Positions 1 to 9,955 of a stretch of DNA of 64,000 bases are shown piece by piece. Position numbers and translations under genes: made by a program. This DNA is from a virus: IMG/VR virus record IMGVR_UViG_3300010233_000008. One strand, written 5' to 3'. The notes beneath the pieces are model-generated. The model worked only from the letters and a program-made list of their open reading frames with translations. It did not search any database and was not told where the DNA came from. Within the stretch, counting starts at the first letter, position 1; the number at the start of each line of letters is the position of its first letter.

Positions 1-70
1 ATAATTATCTGATCCTTCATAACAAAGTTTACCGTATTCGTCCTACATTATTAAATAACCACCACGAACA

Positions 71-487
71 TTAATTACTAGAGGCATGAGTTTCCTTTGT
101 GGATTTTTCTAAAATAGGAACACCGACTATATCTTCTTTTTCTACTTCTTTGGCTATTTGATTAGCAAATTCCAATTCTCCTTTGGGGGTTGTCCTTTTT
201 ATTCTTTCGGATTCCGATTCCGATCTAATTTCGATTATAAATTTGAGAATTGATCCATCTTTTGGGATAAGGGTTGTAATGTCGGGCGGTGTTGAAAATA
301 TACAAATATGATTGCCGAAATTTTCGTTATACCCAATAGAGCCCAATTGTGTTTCGTGGCAGATATTTCCGAGCGAAATGAGCAAAAGACTTCCGCATCG
401 CTCTATTTTTATCGGCTCGCATAAACCCTTAAAAACTATATTTGATTCGTCCATAATAATTTTCCTTTCTGCAACTAAGTCTAACAT
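71..487 (-). CDS. hypothetical protein (138 aa)
   Basis: ORF on - strand adjacent to 503..1081; no recognisable motif. Confidence 0.35.
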   Translation of the reverse strand: MLDLVAERKIIMDESNIVFKGLCEPIKIERCGSLLLISLGNICHETQLGSIGYNENFGNHICIFSTPPDITTLIPKDGSILKFIIEIRSESESERIKRTTPKGELEFANQIAKEVEKEDIVGVPILEKSTKETHASSN

Positions 488-502
488 ATTAAAATTGAAA
501 TG

Positions 503-1081
503 TCAAGATTCCCTCCATGAAGTAACTACGAATTTACCGAATGGACCTTTGCAAGACGGACGAAAATCTCCTAATCCAATGCGTTTTCCGGCTGCATCTA
601 CAATATCCCGAACAAGTTTAGGATGAATCATATCGGTATCGACATTAAGAGTAAACTTTAATTTCCAATCGTGGAAACAAGGACGATGGCAGAGAAATCT
701 TCCGCCCGTTGATGGATTTCGGACTGCTCTTGTATCTACTTGCCATTTATCCTTATGAATAATTGGAAGTTCAACACCATTAATATCAACACAAGCCGGA
801 ATCATCGAAGTCTTTTGGGTTGTTACCTTCGACTTTCCATTCTTAAAAAATTGTCCCGCCGCGATAATACAACTAAAAAGATTTGGTTGTGGAATAATAT
901 ACTTTCCATCATGTTCGGAAATATATAGCTTGGTTTCAGCTTGTTCCATTGGAGTTCCTTTATCTCCAATAGATACCATAGAATTTCCTGATGTAGCTCG
1001 CATGGCCGCTGCATCCGTAAACTTATTACAAAGAAGTGGAGTCATTCCAGATATTTCCACGTCGATCAACTTCTGTCCCAT
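503..1081 (-). CDS. hypothetical protein (192 aa)
   Basis: long - strand ORF with phage-like codon usage; overlapping + strand ORFs 312..626, 740..928 and 930..1130 look spurious. Confidence 0.45.
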   Translation of the reverse strand: MGQKLIDVEISGMTPLLCNKFTDAAAMRATSGNSMVSIGDKGTPMEQAETKLYISEHDGKYIIPQPNLFSCIIAAGQFFKNGKSKVTTQKTSMIPACVDINGVELPIIHKDKWQVDTRAVRNPSTGGRFLCHRPCFHDWKLKFTLNVDTDMIHPKLVRDIVDAAGKRIGLGDFRPSCKGPFGKFVVTSWRES

Positions 1082-1134
1082 AAAACTTTCCTTTCTAAAA
1101 ACCTTGGATTGCCAAACCGAAATAGTTTGACTAA

Positions 1135-1580
1135 AACCTTATTATTTCCGATTAAGAAATAATAAGATGTAACTTTGCCTTGCCGTACAAAACAACGGAT
1201 AGCGTGTCCGCGCCGCACCTCGCATTGCCCCGCATATCGAGGCAACTGATTGATTGCATCATACCATAATAAAATCAGAAGTCAATATCAAAATAAAAAA
1301 ATCTCATTATTATTTATTGAATAATAATGAGATAACCTTGCAGGGTCTTGCCTTGCCGCGCAACACCAAACCGCACCGCACGAGACATCGCATCGTGCAA
1401 TAGACATTGTATCATATTTATGATCCAAATCAATAAAAAAATCCGATTATTCTTGTTATGGAATAATCGGATAACCGTGGATTGCGAAGCAATGCCGGAC
1501 ATTGCAAAGATAAGCTTTGCCGCACTTCGCATCGCCGGTTCCTGCCGGACTGCACCTTGCATTGCAATACAAAAAATCCA
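1135..1580. repeat. three tandem degenerate ~140-165 bp units, each a perfect 11-12 bp stem hairpin next to an A-run, followed by a GC-rich segment
   Basis: hairpins at 1138-1166, 1302-1332 and 1443-1472; each followed by TAAC then GC-rich sequence with recurring TTGCCTTGCCG / GCCGCAC / CGCATCG / ATTGCAAT motifs; each unit preceded by an A7-8 run, so on the - strand it reads as hairpin plus U-run. Confidence 0.6.
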
Positions 1581-1649
1581 TTATACCAAATTTTTACTGG
1601 AAGCAAAATGAAATTGACGAATTTTTACGGAATTTTGAGTTAACCATAA

Positions 1650-3233
1650 ATGATTGACGCTAATGTAATTAGAACAATTCATCAGTTTCAAAGAGGCGGC
1701 GAATACTATATTCCGAGCGATTCGGGTACGGGGGCGATAAATCGCGGGGTTGCTAAAGGGCAAGTTGGCGGTCGCACAGCTACACTTGAAACATTTTTTG
1801 ATTTTTTCATCGACAATGTTCCGGCTCCGGACGAGGCGAAACTGCTCAACCCCGAAATAGAACAACAAATTAGATTTCATCCTGACGTTGTTGCCGCCCA
1901 TCGTAAAAGAACATTTCAAGTTTCATCTATGCCTTGGCGTATAGAACCTAATCCTATGGCAACGGATAAAACCGTAGCCCAACAGGTAGCCGATCATTGT
2001 AAGGAAATATGTTCTAAGCTTCCTAAATTCTATCAATTAATAGAGCATCTTCAATACGCCATAATAGTAGGGGGTCAAGGTATTGAGTTTAGGTGGCATA
2101 GAGAAGCTAATGGCGTAGAATATCCAGTAGAATTCTATCCCGTTCACATGTCCCGTTTTCTATTTGATAGATTAGGAAATATGGCATTACTTACCAGAGA
2201 TAATGCCGTTTGGGGAGTCTACGTTTCTAGTGACCCTCAAGCCCAATACGCTAGAATCCTACCTAGAGGTAAATTCTTATATCATATTTACCGTCAAGGT
2301 CAAGGTCCATGGTCTATCCCTCAAAATGAAGGATATGTTTATTATGGAGAAGGTGAAGACGTACCTCTTTATTATACAGTAACCTTCGATATTTTCTGCT
2401 TAAAATTTAGAATGAAATTTTTGGAAAGATGGGGAATGCCTCCTACTTATCTTTACTATGCAGAAAATAGGAAAATGACTAGGGAATTGGTTAGAGTTGT
2501 AGATAGTCTCCGTGGTGAGTCTGTAGTTACTATGCCTATGCCTATTAATGCTGGTGGACAAAATCAATATGGGTATTATAAGGCTGAATTACAAACCGCT
2601 CCTGCCGGTTCTTATGATTTCTTTGAATCATTTTCAGATAGATATACCCGACCTAGAGTTAATATGATATTACTAGGGGATGCCGGAGCTAATGCTAAAT
2701 CGGAAGAAAGAGGGGGATATTCTGACGATGTTTCTAGGACGGATAAGGGAGCGAATCTATTTGTTAAACGGGATGCTAGATGTATATCAGAGACTATAAC
2801 TACACAAATGATGCCCCCTATAGCATTAGCTAGATTCCCTAATTTACCTTCTGAATATTATCCTATTTTTTCACTTGAACCTAAAGAAGAAAAGGATAGA
2901 ATGCAAGAATTGCAGATTTTAGAACAAGGTGCAAAATTAGCTCCTATTGCAGTAAGTCAAGTTTATGATGCTGGAGATTTTGCTGTACCTAAAATTGATC
3001 CGGAGACAGGACAAATGGAGGATGTGGTTGGTGGTCAACAAAATTCTCCCGATGGACTTGACATGGGAATGATTCCTGATAAAATGCCAAAATTACCAGT
3101 GGGAGCTATGCAAGCCGTTCAAGGAAAAGGAATACAACCTGATGGAAATTTAAGTGGACAACCTCAAGCCATAGGTGATGGATTCAATAGAGGCGCATAC
3201 GCAGACAAATCCCACATGCAACCCCATAACTAA
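1650..3233 (+). CDS. portal protein (Mu gp29/DUF935-like, 527 aa)
   Basis: first large gene of rightward structural module, upstream of Mu-F-like, protease-scaffold and capsid genes; size and acidic C-terminus typical of portals; family call from gene order and memory, not a search. Confidence 0.5.
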   Translation: MIDANVIRTIHQFQRGGEYYIPSDSGTGAINRGVAKGQVGGRTATLETFFDFFIDNVPAPDEAKLLNPEIEQQIRFHPDVVAAHRKRTFQVSSMPWRIEPNPMATDKTVAQQVADHCKEICSKLPKFYQLIEHLQYAIIVGGQGIEFRWHREANGVEYPVEFYPVHMSRFLFDRLGNMALLTRDNAVWGVYVSSDPQAQYARILPRGKFLYHIYRQGQGPWSIPQNEGYVYYGEGEDVPLYYTVTFDIFCLKFRMKFLERWGMPPTYLYYAENRKMTRELVRVVDSLRGESVVTMPMPINAGGQNQYGYYKAELQTAPAGSYDFFESFSDRYTRPRVNMILLGDAGANAKSEERGGYSDDVSRTDKGANLFVKRDARCISETITTQMMPPIALARFPNLPSEYYPIFSLEPKEEKDRMQELQILEQGAKLAPIAVSQVYDAGDFAVPKIDPETGQMEDVVGGQQNSPDGLDMGMIPDKMPKLPVGAMQAVQGKGIQPDGNLSGQPQAIGDGFNRGAYADKSHMQPHN

Positions 3234-3244
3234 GGAAAATCCCG

Positions 3245-3445
3245 ATGCTTTCCGAAAATGATAGAAGTTTTTTATTGAGTGCGGCACACGCTGGTTCTCA
3301 AATTGCAAAATATCAATTAGATCAAGAATGTAAAAAAATTGCAGAAAAGTCAAAGCAAAACATTTGTTGTGATGAATTAATTAATCCCCCGACCGAAAAA
3401 TTTAATTTTAATTGTCAGTTAGAAGTTCAAAAAAATCCCCGATAA
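3245..3445 (+). CDS. hypothetical protein (66 aa)
   Basis: small ORF in co-directional array after portal. Confidence 0.35.
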   Translation: MLSENDRSFLLSAAHAGSQIAKYQLDQECKKIAEKSKQNICCDELINPPTEKFNFNCQLEVQKNPR

Positions 3446-3454
3446 GGAAAATTT

Positions 3455-3703
3455 ATGGAACCCCGCGAAGTAAATAGTGTAGATCGTTTAATTGGACTTA
3501 TGAAAGAAAAAGCCCCAATTCCTCACGATCCCGGATATGTTTGTAATCTCGAAATTATCAATCAAAATGTTTGGTTAATTATCGAGGAACTTGAAAGACT
3601 TCAAAAGAAAGCCGCTAAGAAGAAATTCCGTCCATTGGAAGGCGAAGAAGACGACGAAGAATATATTGATGAAATTCTTCCAAAAAAGCAAAGAAAAGCT
3701 TGA
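3455..3703 (+). CDS. hypothetical protein with acidic C-terminus (82 aa)
   Basis: ORF with start 10 nt after the preceding stop; EEDDEEY acidic tail. Confidence 0.45.
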   Translation: MEPREVNSVDRLIGLMKEKAPIPHDPGYVCNLEIINQNVWLIIEELERLQKKAAKKKFRPLEGEEDDEEYIDEILPKKQRKA

Positions 3704-3727
3704 CATCCTGATTTTTCGTGGTAAAAT
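3700..3727 (+). promoter_or_regulatory. sigma70-like promoter TTGACA-16-TAAAAT
   Basis: -35 TTGACA 3700-3705 (overlaps stop of 3455..3703), 16-nt spacer, -10 TAAAAT 3722-3727. Confidence 0.5.
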
Positions 3728-3882
3728 ATGTCGGTGCGAAGAATTATCAATATGGTTTGCATCGCCCTAATATTTACAGCGATAATTATTTTGCCTATTT
3801 TTGAAATATATGCCCACAAAAGATATGTAGAAGATGTTTTGGGTCATAATATTTCTTGGTGGGCGGCATACCAGAGTGATTG

Positions 3883-4107
3883 ATGGACAAGAATTATTCC
3901 TATTACTGGATAACTTACTCTAACGAAAAATTCTTCGCCATAGAAGGAAATTATACTGATGCCGACAGACCAAAACCAAAAAAATATAGTCAGGAATTTG
4001 ATGATTTATTCGATGCCGTAGATTTTTGCGTTAGAAATTATATCGGTAAGGGAATTGAGATTTCTAATAAAGCAAGAGCAATGGCTGGATTAAAACCGAG
4101 GCATTAA
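3883..4107 (+). CDS. hypothetical protein (74 aa)
   Basis: ORF; ATG at 3883 (ORF track begins at TTG 3880). Confidence 0.4.
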   Translation: MDKNYSYYWITYSNEKFFAIEGNYTDADRPKPKKYSQEFDDLFDAVDFCVRNYIGKGIEISNKARAMAGLKPRH

Positions 4108-4593
4108 TTGGAAGTAGTTGAACATCCAGATTTACCAGAAAAAGAAATAATCCCTCCCTCCGATATTGGAGCTAGGGTTACTTGTGGAAAATGTAATGTT
4201 GCTGTATTATTTCATCCTACTTTCGATTGGAAATTAAATTCTACTCCGCACGATCATTTTGCGGAAATGTCTAAATTTGCCCTAGATAATGGATGGGCCT
4301 ATGAGGCTAAAGAAGATAAATGGATATTTATTTGTCAGCGATGTATTGAGGTAAAAGAAGAAGCATTAAACAGAGAATTACCTAGATACGTTAAAAATAG
4401 TGTTTGTTGTAAGTGTGGAGCAAACGATGTATCGGTAAAATTTTGTTATGGTAGGGAAAATTGTAGTTTTGGCGCTCCTAGAGACCATCTACATAGAATG
4501 TGCAGGAAATGCGGATATAAATGGGTAGAGGGATGTTTAGACGATAAGAAAACTTTTATAAAGCGAGGTAAGCATGAAGGTAGTAACGGTTGA
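4108..4593 (+). CDS. zinc-ribbon protein with four CxxC pairs (161 aa)
   Basis: CGKC..CQRC and CCKCG..CRKCG motifs; start abuts preceding stop. Confidence 0.5.
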   Translation: MEVVEHPDLPEKEIIPPSDIGARVTCGKCNVAVLFHPTFDWKLNSTPHDHFAEMSKFALDNGWAYEAKEDKWIFICQRCIEVKEEALNRELPRYVKNSVCCKCGANDVSVKFCYGRENCSFGAPRDHLHRMCRKCGYKWVEGCLDDKKTFIKRGKHEGSNG

Positions 4594-4888
4594 ACTTTTA
4601 GATGTAGGTAAAAAGCATATTCACGATTTAGCTGATTTGCCCAATATTTTGGCTGCGGAGGTAACTGCCAGCGAAAGAAACGGATGGATTTGTTTGGGCG
4701 GTGTTTCTGTTATCCAAAGACAACGTGACGATGGAGTTCAAACCATTTTAATGCAAGCTATGACAAACAATTTGCAAAATTTGGCTAGTATCTGTTTAGA
4801 TAATGTAGAAGTAGAAATGCAAAAACGACAAAAGAAATTAGAAAACGTAGACGCCAATAACCCCGACGCAATTACCGCAACCCGATAA
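4574..4888 (+). CDS. hypothetical protein (104 aa)
   Basis: ORF overlapping the previous stop by 20 nt (translational coupling). Confidence 0.4.
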   Translation: MKVVTVELLDVGKKHIHDLADLPNILAAEVTASERNGWICLGGVSVIQRQRDDGVQTILMQAMTNNLQNLASICLDNVEVEMQKRQKKLENVDANNPDAITATR

Positions 4889-4898
4889 GGAATAACTA

Positions 4899-5576
4899 AT
4901 GTCTCAATCATTATCTCAACTAGATCAAATTAAGAAGGGGATGGAAGAGCAAGCAAGGAAAGACTTGCAAGCCATGACTTCTGCTTGTGGCTCGGAATTT
5001 ACTATTCCTAAAACCTTAGAATCTGCTGCTGGAATTATTGTACAACTTAAACGCGAAGCTGCTAAATGGAAGGAATCTCATTCTAAAATTCTTTCTGAAT
5101 TTCAATTAGAAACTCAAAAGCTACCTAATTTTTGTGCTGAAATTTTAGAAGGTAAGCCGGAAGGATTAAGGGCAAAAGATGGTATTTCCGTTAAGGCTTA
5201 TGTCGCTAGACTTAATCAGGAATTGACTAAAGCCAAATCTTTAGATGTAATGGAGAATGTAAGACATACTTTAACTGGAATTGGATTTACTGAAATTCCG
5301 GGATTGGTTGGATATTTTGAAAAACCCACTCCATTATTTGCTTGTGCCGAAGCTGCTACTATTTTAATTTCTACAGATAGTATAGCTAGGGAAAATTATC
5401 TATTAAGGCGTGGATGGACTAGGAATATGCCGGGAAGTTGGCGTGATCCTATTGGTAATGGAGTATCAGATTTAAGTGGAGCTATTAATGTCCAAACTAA
5501 ACGAGATATTAAGCCATTTTCGGGGTTGAGTAATAAAAATTGGAAGGGACCAAATCCGGAAAAAGTTACGGAGTAA
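4899..5576 (+). CDS. hypothetical protein (225 aa)
   Basis: ORF in head-module array; no recognisable motif. Confidence 0.5.
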   Translation: MSQSLSQLDQIKKGMEEQARKDLQAMTSACGSEFTIPKTLESAAGIIVQLKREAAKWKESHSKILSEFQLETQKLPNFCAEILEGKPEGLRAKDGISVKAYVARLNQELTKAKSLDVMENVRHTLTGIGFTEIPGLVGYFEKPTPLFACAEAATILISTDSIARENYLLRRGWTRNMPGSWRDPIGNGVSDLSGAINVQTKRDIKPFSGLSNKNWKGPNPEKVTE

Positions 5577-5669
5577 AATGAATCCATTTCAAGCGTTTGT
5601 TTTTATTGTTGTACTTTCAATTGCATTTATTGTTACCGCAAAAATCATAATGTATATTTTCGGTGAAGA

Positions 5670-6491
5670 TTGAAGCAATCCGTTGGTCGCCATGTTCAGC
5701 AAATTCTCTGGTCCGCTATCGCCTCAACCTATACCGGGATAGTATCTTCTATAATTAAATATGGTAGAGGCTCGGATGATCATTGGCTGCATTTTCAAAA
5801 TCAATTAACTAAATGGTTGGGATGGGTAGATTTAACAAGTGCCTCTACTTTAAGATATAGAGCATTACCCGAACCAACCATAATCCCTGATAATACTACA
5901 GATTTAGTAACTATAGCTCACGAAAATCCATGGTATATGGATCACAGGTTATTAAGTCAAAGAATTATAGAATCTAGGGCTGCAACTATTAGGATGATTG
6001 AAGAGGGATCATTAAATAGAAATTCTCAAAAGATTTGGGAATTACATAGGGATCATGGAGATAAGGTAGTTCCAGCCTATAGATTAGAAAGACGTAGAAG
6101 AGAGGCTATTTCTTCTACGATGAATACGGCTGAACAAATCCAATTATCTATTCCTCATATTGGGGATCATTTCCCAATAGCTGGATATTTTACTAGAAAA
6201 GATGATAGAGTTAGATGTGCGCATTTACCAATGCACGGATTTTTGGCCTTGCGTTCTTGGAAACATTGGGGTATAATAGTTCCGCCAGCAGGATTTGGTT
6301 GTAGATGCTGGATTAGGCAGTTTGCTAGATTTGAATGTATAGATAAAGGATGGATAAGTAAAGAAGGGAAGCCAAAATTTGAAGTAAAATGGCCTAATAC
6401 TTTAGCTAGACTAAATTTTGAAAAAGGTGTTTTTCCCGAATTCAAATTTGAAAGACCTTGGGTATATCCGAATGAATCAAACTCAAACTAA
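5670..6491 (+). CDS. minor head / head morphogenesis protein, Mu F / SPP1 gp7 family (273 aa)
   Basis: C-terminal PAGFGCRCW matches the conserved HPNCRC-type motif of the Phage_Mu_F/SPP1 gp7 family; position after portal fits; TTG start per ORF track. Confidence 0.55.
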   Translation: MKQSVGRHVQQILWSAIASTYTGIVSSIIKYGRGSDDHWLHFQNQLTKWLGWVDLTSASTLRYRALPEPTIIPDNTTDLVTIAHENPWYMDHRLLSQRIIESRAATIRMIEEGSLNRNSQKIWELHRDHGDKVVPAYRLERRRREAISSTMNTAEQIQLSIPHIGDHFPIAGYFTRKDDRVRCAHLPMHGFLALRSWKHWGIIVPPAGFGCRCWIRQFARFECIDKGWISKEGKPKFEVKWPNTLARLNFEKGVFPEFKFERPWVYPNESNSN

Positions 6492-6729
6492 TCCCGAAGA
6501 AAATAACAAGCCCGTCGAAAAGAAAAAACGGAAGATTAAAAGGTCTACAAAAGAGTTCATGAAAGATGCAAGAGATTATGTCGAAAGACAAAACTTCTCC
6601 GCTGAATATCAAATACAATCTTATGAAATTGATGCCCTATTAATGTATTCTAGGTTTCAAGCCATGATTAAAGCTGGATTTGAAGATAATAGAGCTTGGG
6701 AATTTATTATGGCAAGAGGGCTTAATTAA
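6472..6729 (+). CDS. hypothetical protein, tandem paralog 1 (86 aa from internal ATG)
   Basis: C-terminal ~45 aa (EYQIQ..E..LMY.R......GF......IM.RG) shared with 6729..6977; ATG 6472 chosen to limit overlap with upstream gene. Confidence 0.4.
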   Translation: MNQTQTNPEENNKPVEKKKRKIKRSTKEFMKDARDYVERQNFSAEYQIQSYEIDALLMYSRFQAMIKAGFEDNRAWEFIMARGLN

Positions 6730-6977
6730 TGGTTGCGGCTGAACAAGAAGATAATAAGGATGAACGCGAATTAGAAAAACAGCGTTCACGCGATCTTCGC
6801 CAGAAAATAATTGATACTCAAAATCAAGTAGAAGAAGGTCAACTTCTATTAGAATATCAAATTCAGGGAATAGAAATCAGTTCTAAATTAATGTATGCAA
6901 GATTAAGGTCTTTGGTTGAGTCTGGATTTACTCCGGAACAAGCTTATGGATTAATTATGCAAAGAGGTATAATGTGA
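6729..6977 (+). CDS. hypothetical protein, tandem paralog 2 (82 aa)
   Basis: paralog of 6472..6729; start overlaps previous stop (TAATG). Confidence 0.45.
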   Translation: MVAAEQEDNKDERELEKQRSRDLRQKIIDTQNQVEEGQLLLEYQIQGIEISSKLMYARLRSLVESGFTPEQAYGLIMQRGIM

Positions 6978-7240
6978 GTCCGGCGGAAATCCAACTCGAC
7001 GAATTATCTCATTCTAAACTATTAGATAAAACCCGCAAATTATCTAAACCCTCATTGATGGAATTGGGTCGCAGAGATAGAAAATTAATTAGTGATAAAT
7101 CTGCTATAGCTATTGATGCCGCAAATAGATCAGCATCAAATGCCGATGATCCCGAATCAGATTCAATTCCTAATTCCCAAAGAGACCATAGGACTTTTGG
7201 GCAAAGGCTCGATTATGCTTTTAGGTGTTTAGTGGAGTAA
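6974..7240 (+). CDS. hypothetical protein (88 aa)
   Basis: ORF with 4-nt start/stop overlap. Confidence 0.4.
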   Translation: MSPAEIQLDELSHSKLLDKTRKLSKPSLMELGRRDRKLISDKSAIAIDAANRSASNADDPESDSIPNSQRDHRTFGQRLDYAFRCLVE

Positions 7241-7440
7241 TAATGGTTAAGGTAGATAATTTTCATTACGACGATAATATCATGGAACCTAATTCACACC
7301 CTCCAGAAAATAAATCCAAAAAGAAAATTTATACATTGGAAGAAATAATTTCAATGATTACTTATTCTGATGACGGAGAAATAAGGCCGATTGCACTGGC
7401 TAAATTTTTATATAATTTGCAATGTTCCAATCAATCTTAA
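7225..7440 (+). CDS. hypothetical protein (71 aa)
   Basis: ORF overlapping previous gene end. Confidence 0.35.
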   Translation: MFSGVIMVKVDNFHYDDNIMEPNSHPPENKSKKKIYTLEEIISMITYSDDGEIRPIALAKFLYNLQCSNQS

Positions 7441-7607
7441 ATTTACTTTTCTTCCCATTTTTATCCGTCATAATCGCAATACTTTTCTGTTCATATATAA
7501 TTAAGATAGTTTTCTTTCCCAATAAATCTAAATTTTCTGCAATAGAAGTTTTCGATACATTCCCCGACACGGTTCATATCAAAATTGATCCCGATATAGT
7601 TAATTAG
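7422..7607 (+). CDS. small hydrophobic protein (61 aa)
   Basis: predicted transmembrane segment (LLFFPFLSVIIAILFCSYII). Confidence 0.3.
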   Translation: MFQSILNLLFFPFLSVIIAILFCSYIIKIVFFPNKSKFSAIEVFDTFPDTVHIKIDPDIVN

Positions 7608-7833
7608 GGATTTTTCTGTCAAAACTTAGTGATAAAATTACGCTCCGTGAGCGCACCCTTGATCTTTGGTCTACCGGAAGGTATGCCAGTAAAGAATTAG
7701 CTAAACAAGAAGCTAAAATTAGAATTGAATCAGAAAAAATTAAAAGAGAAATTGCTAATACAGAATATCAGAAAATTCAAGCAACTTTTACCTTGCCTAC
7801 TCCTTTTACTTATGATCCGAATACGCAATAACT

Positions 7834-9417
7834 ATGCCAGATATTAAAAAATCACTTCCAAATTCAGGCGTTTCGACCGAAGCGTTTGCTGGCGCTCCGA
7901 AATCCTTAGTCGATCTTTATCATAAGGAATATCAAAAACATAGGGATAATGGAATAGGTCATAATGATGCCCATAATAGGGCTATTCGTATGACTCAACA
8001 TGCGGGATGGTATAAAGGTCAAAAAGGGTGGAAGCAATTTACTCCTGATTTACAGAAAAAAGTAAATATTAGGGAAGCCGTTAAGCAACCTGATGGAAAA
8101 TATGTCATTGAAGATGTAGAAGTTTTTTATCCTAATGCTGTTAAGGGTAAAAATCAAGCTTATTCTGCTGATGATATCAGGCAGATAATTAAGAATACAA
8201 ATAGGTCGATAGAATCGGGTGGGCAAAAGCCGGGGATATTAGAGGGACATCCTCACGCCGATCAGGCTATGAGCGGGATTCAACCTTATTCTCATGGATT
8301 TGGAGTAAATTGGAGAGAAAATAAAAGTAAGCCGGGATGGGCGGTATGTGATTTAATAGATGTTGAACCAGAATATGTAGATAAATTAAAACATAAAAAG
8401 TTAACTGGTTTAAGTGCGGGATTTGCGAAGGATGCGGGGACAAACAAGCGTTTTGGGCATGTTGCGTTATTGGGTGGCTCAACACAGGCTCTAAGTTCAC
8501 TTCCAACCCATGAAATTTTTTCCTCCAGCCGGAATTACTTGTGCTTTAGCGCTGATGAGGAATCCTTTAATTTGAAAGGTTCTAAAATGAGTAAAATGTC
8601 TGAAAAGCAAGCTGCTTGCTATTCGGCTATGTGCGGCGCTAAGGATGCTTATGACGCTGCTTTTAAGAGTTTTGAAGTTGGCGAACCAGATGCCGACAAG
8701 AAAATGGAAGAGGCTTATAACGCAATTCGTAAAGCTTCCCAAGAATTTAGCGGTGAATTTGATATCGCTAATGTCGGTAGTTCTGTAGTTTCTGGCGGAA
8801 AAGAAGCCGTTCCGGATAAGGCGGAAGGTATTGATACCAAAAAGCCTGAACCAATTTCCCCGCTAATGACAGAAGGAAAATTTGCTACAGAAGAGTCTCC
8901 GGTCATTGCTCCTCCCAACGAAATGACCCATCCAAATCCAAGCTTTGAAGCCGATCCCGTTGCTGCATTTACTGCGGCACAGGAAGAAATTTCAATCTTG
9001 AAAACCTCTGTCTCTCAAGCATTAAATGCCATTAAGTCTTTGGCTACTAATGATAAGGCTCTTCGTGGTCGCATGGAAAAACAGAGTTTTGATGCCGAAG
9101 TTATTGAACTAAAGCGCCAGAATTTTGCTGTTCCTGCTAATATTGAAGAGCAATTTTCTAACTGCCTTGAAAATCCAGACCCATCTAAATCTATTAAGAG
9201 TTTGATGGCTGGATTAAGGAGTCTTCCGAAGATTTCTACGCCCGCTTCTACTGAAACACAGTTTGCGGCTGGTGGCGAAAAGCCGGTTGCCGGAAAAGCC
9301 TCAGCAAAGGCGCAAGCCAATGTTAAGGCACTTAAAGAAGTTCGTGAATCTTTAGGTAATATTTCGGATGAAGACATGAAGTATGCGGCTCTGGCTGAAA
9401 GCATCGAATCTAAGTAA
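7834..9417 (+). CDS. prohead protease fused to scaffolding-like C-terminal domain (527 aa)
   Basis: between Mu-F-like gene and major capsid gene; globular N-half with GH/HVALLGG-type motifs; Ala/Lys/Glu-rich helical C-half typical of scaffolds; family call is positional plus compositional. Confidence 0.45.
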   Translation: MPDIKKSLPNSGVSTEAFAGAPKSLVDLYHKEYQKHRDNGIGHNDAHNRAIRMTQHAGWYKGQKGWKQFTPDLQKKVNIREAVKQPDGKYVIEDVEVFYPNAVKGKNQAYSADDIRQIIKNTNRSIESGGQKPGILEGHPHADQAMSGIQPYSHGFGVNWRENKSKPGWAVCDLIDVEPEYVDKLKHKKLTGLSAGFAKDAGTNKRFGHVALLGGSTQALSSLPTHEIFSSSRNYLCFSADEESFNLKGSKMSKMSEKQAACYSAMCGAKDAYDAAFKSFEVGEPDADKKMEEAYNAIRKASQEFSGEFDIANVGSSVVSGGKEAVPDKAEGIDTKKPEPISPLMTEGKFATEESPVIAPPNEMTHPNPSFEADPVAAFTAAQEEISILKTSVSQALNAIKSLATNDKALRGRMEKQSFDAEVIELKRQNFAVPANIEEQFSNCLENPDPSKSIKSLMAGLRSLPKISTPASTETQFAAGGEKPVAGKASAKAQANVKALKEVRESLGNISDEDMKYAALAESIESK

Positions 9418-9538
9418 TCATTTCGATTATAGATAGGGATAGGTTTCATGGACCGAAAGCTCCTGCACGAGTTTCCCTATTTATTGAATAGTGCCTACCT
9501 CGCTAGTGCATAGCGAATTAACTTATAGGATATAAAAT

Positions 9539-9955
9539 ATGGCTGCCTCTACAGGTAATCGTAATGCGATTTCGCCAATTGTGGATACAATTCTTGCTCC
9601 CATTGCGGCGACAACGCAAATTTATTTGAATCAGTTGGTGTGTTGGAATGGTTCGGGGTATATTACTCCCGCCGCCAATACATCGGGTCTTATCTATTTA
9701 GGAATTTCGCAACAGAACGTAAATAACACTGGCTCTGCCGGTGCTTTTTCATGTCCCGTTCGCCCTCCGTCCGGAACGGATCAGTATCAATTGATGGCTT
9801 GCACAGGCGCTACTCAGGCTTGGGCTGGCACACTTGTTTACTTCGTGGATGATAATACTGTCGCTCAATCCGCATCTAATAGTATTTCATGCGGTAGGGT
9901 AATTCAGTTTATCTCTTCGACGCAAGTTGTTGTTGATACTGCTGTCCGGTCGTAA
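9539..9955 (+). CDS. head decoration / minor capsid-like protein (138 aa)
   Basis: small Gly/Ala/Thr-rich beta-type protein immediately upstream of major capsid gene. Confidence 0.35.
   Translation: MAASTGNRNAISPIVDTILAPIAATTQIYLNQLVCWNGSGYITPAANTSGLIYLGISQQNVNNTGSAGAFSCPVRPPSGTDQYQLMACTGATQAWAGTLVYFVDDNTVAQSASNSISCGRVIQFISSTQVVVDTAVRS

Noticed and set aside
312-1130. Plus-strand ORFs 312..626, 740..928, 930..1130 and minus ORF 823..1014
   Set aside because: All lie within or antisense to the longer - strand ORFs 71..487 and 503..1081 and have atypical composition.
1314-1611. ORFs 1314..1562 (-) and 1348..1611 (+) in the GC-rich repeat island
   Set aside because: Mutually overlapping, junk-like composition, span tandem hairpin repeats. 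Region interpreted as non-coding.
8267-9449. Antisense ORFs inside the protease-scaffold gene (8267-, 8497-, 8715-, 9015-)
   Set aside because: Embedded antisense in a well-supported long + strand gene. No independent signals.
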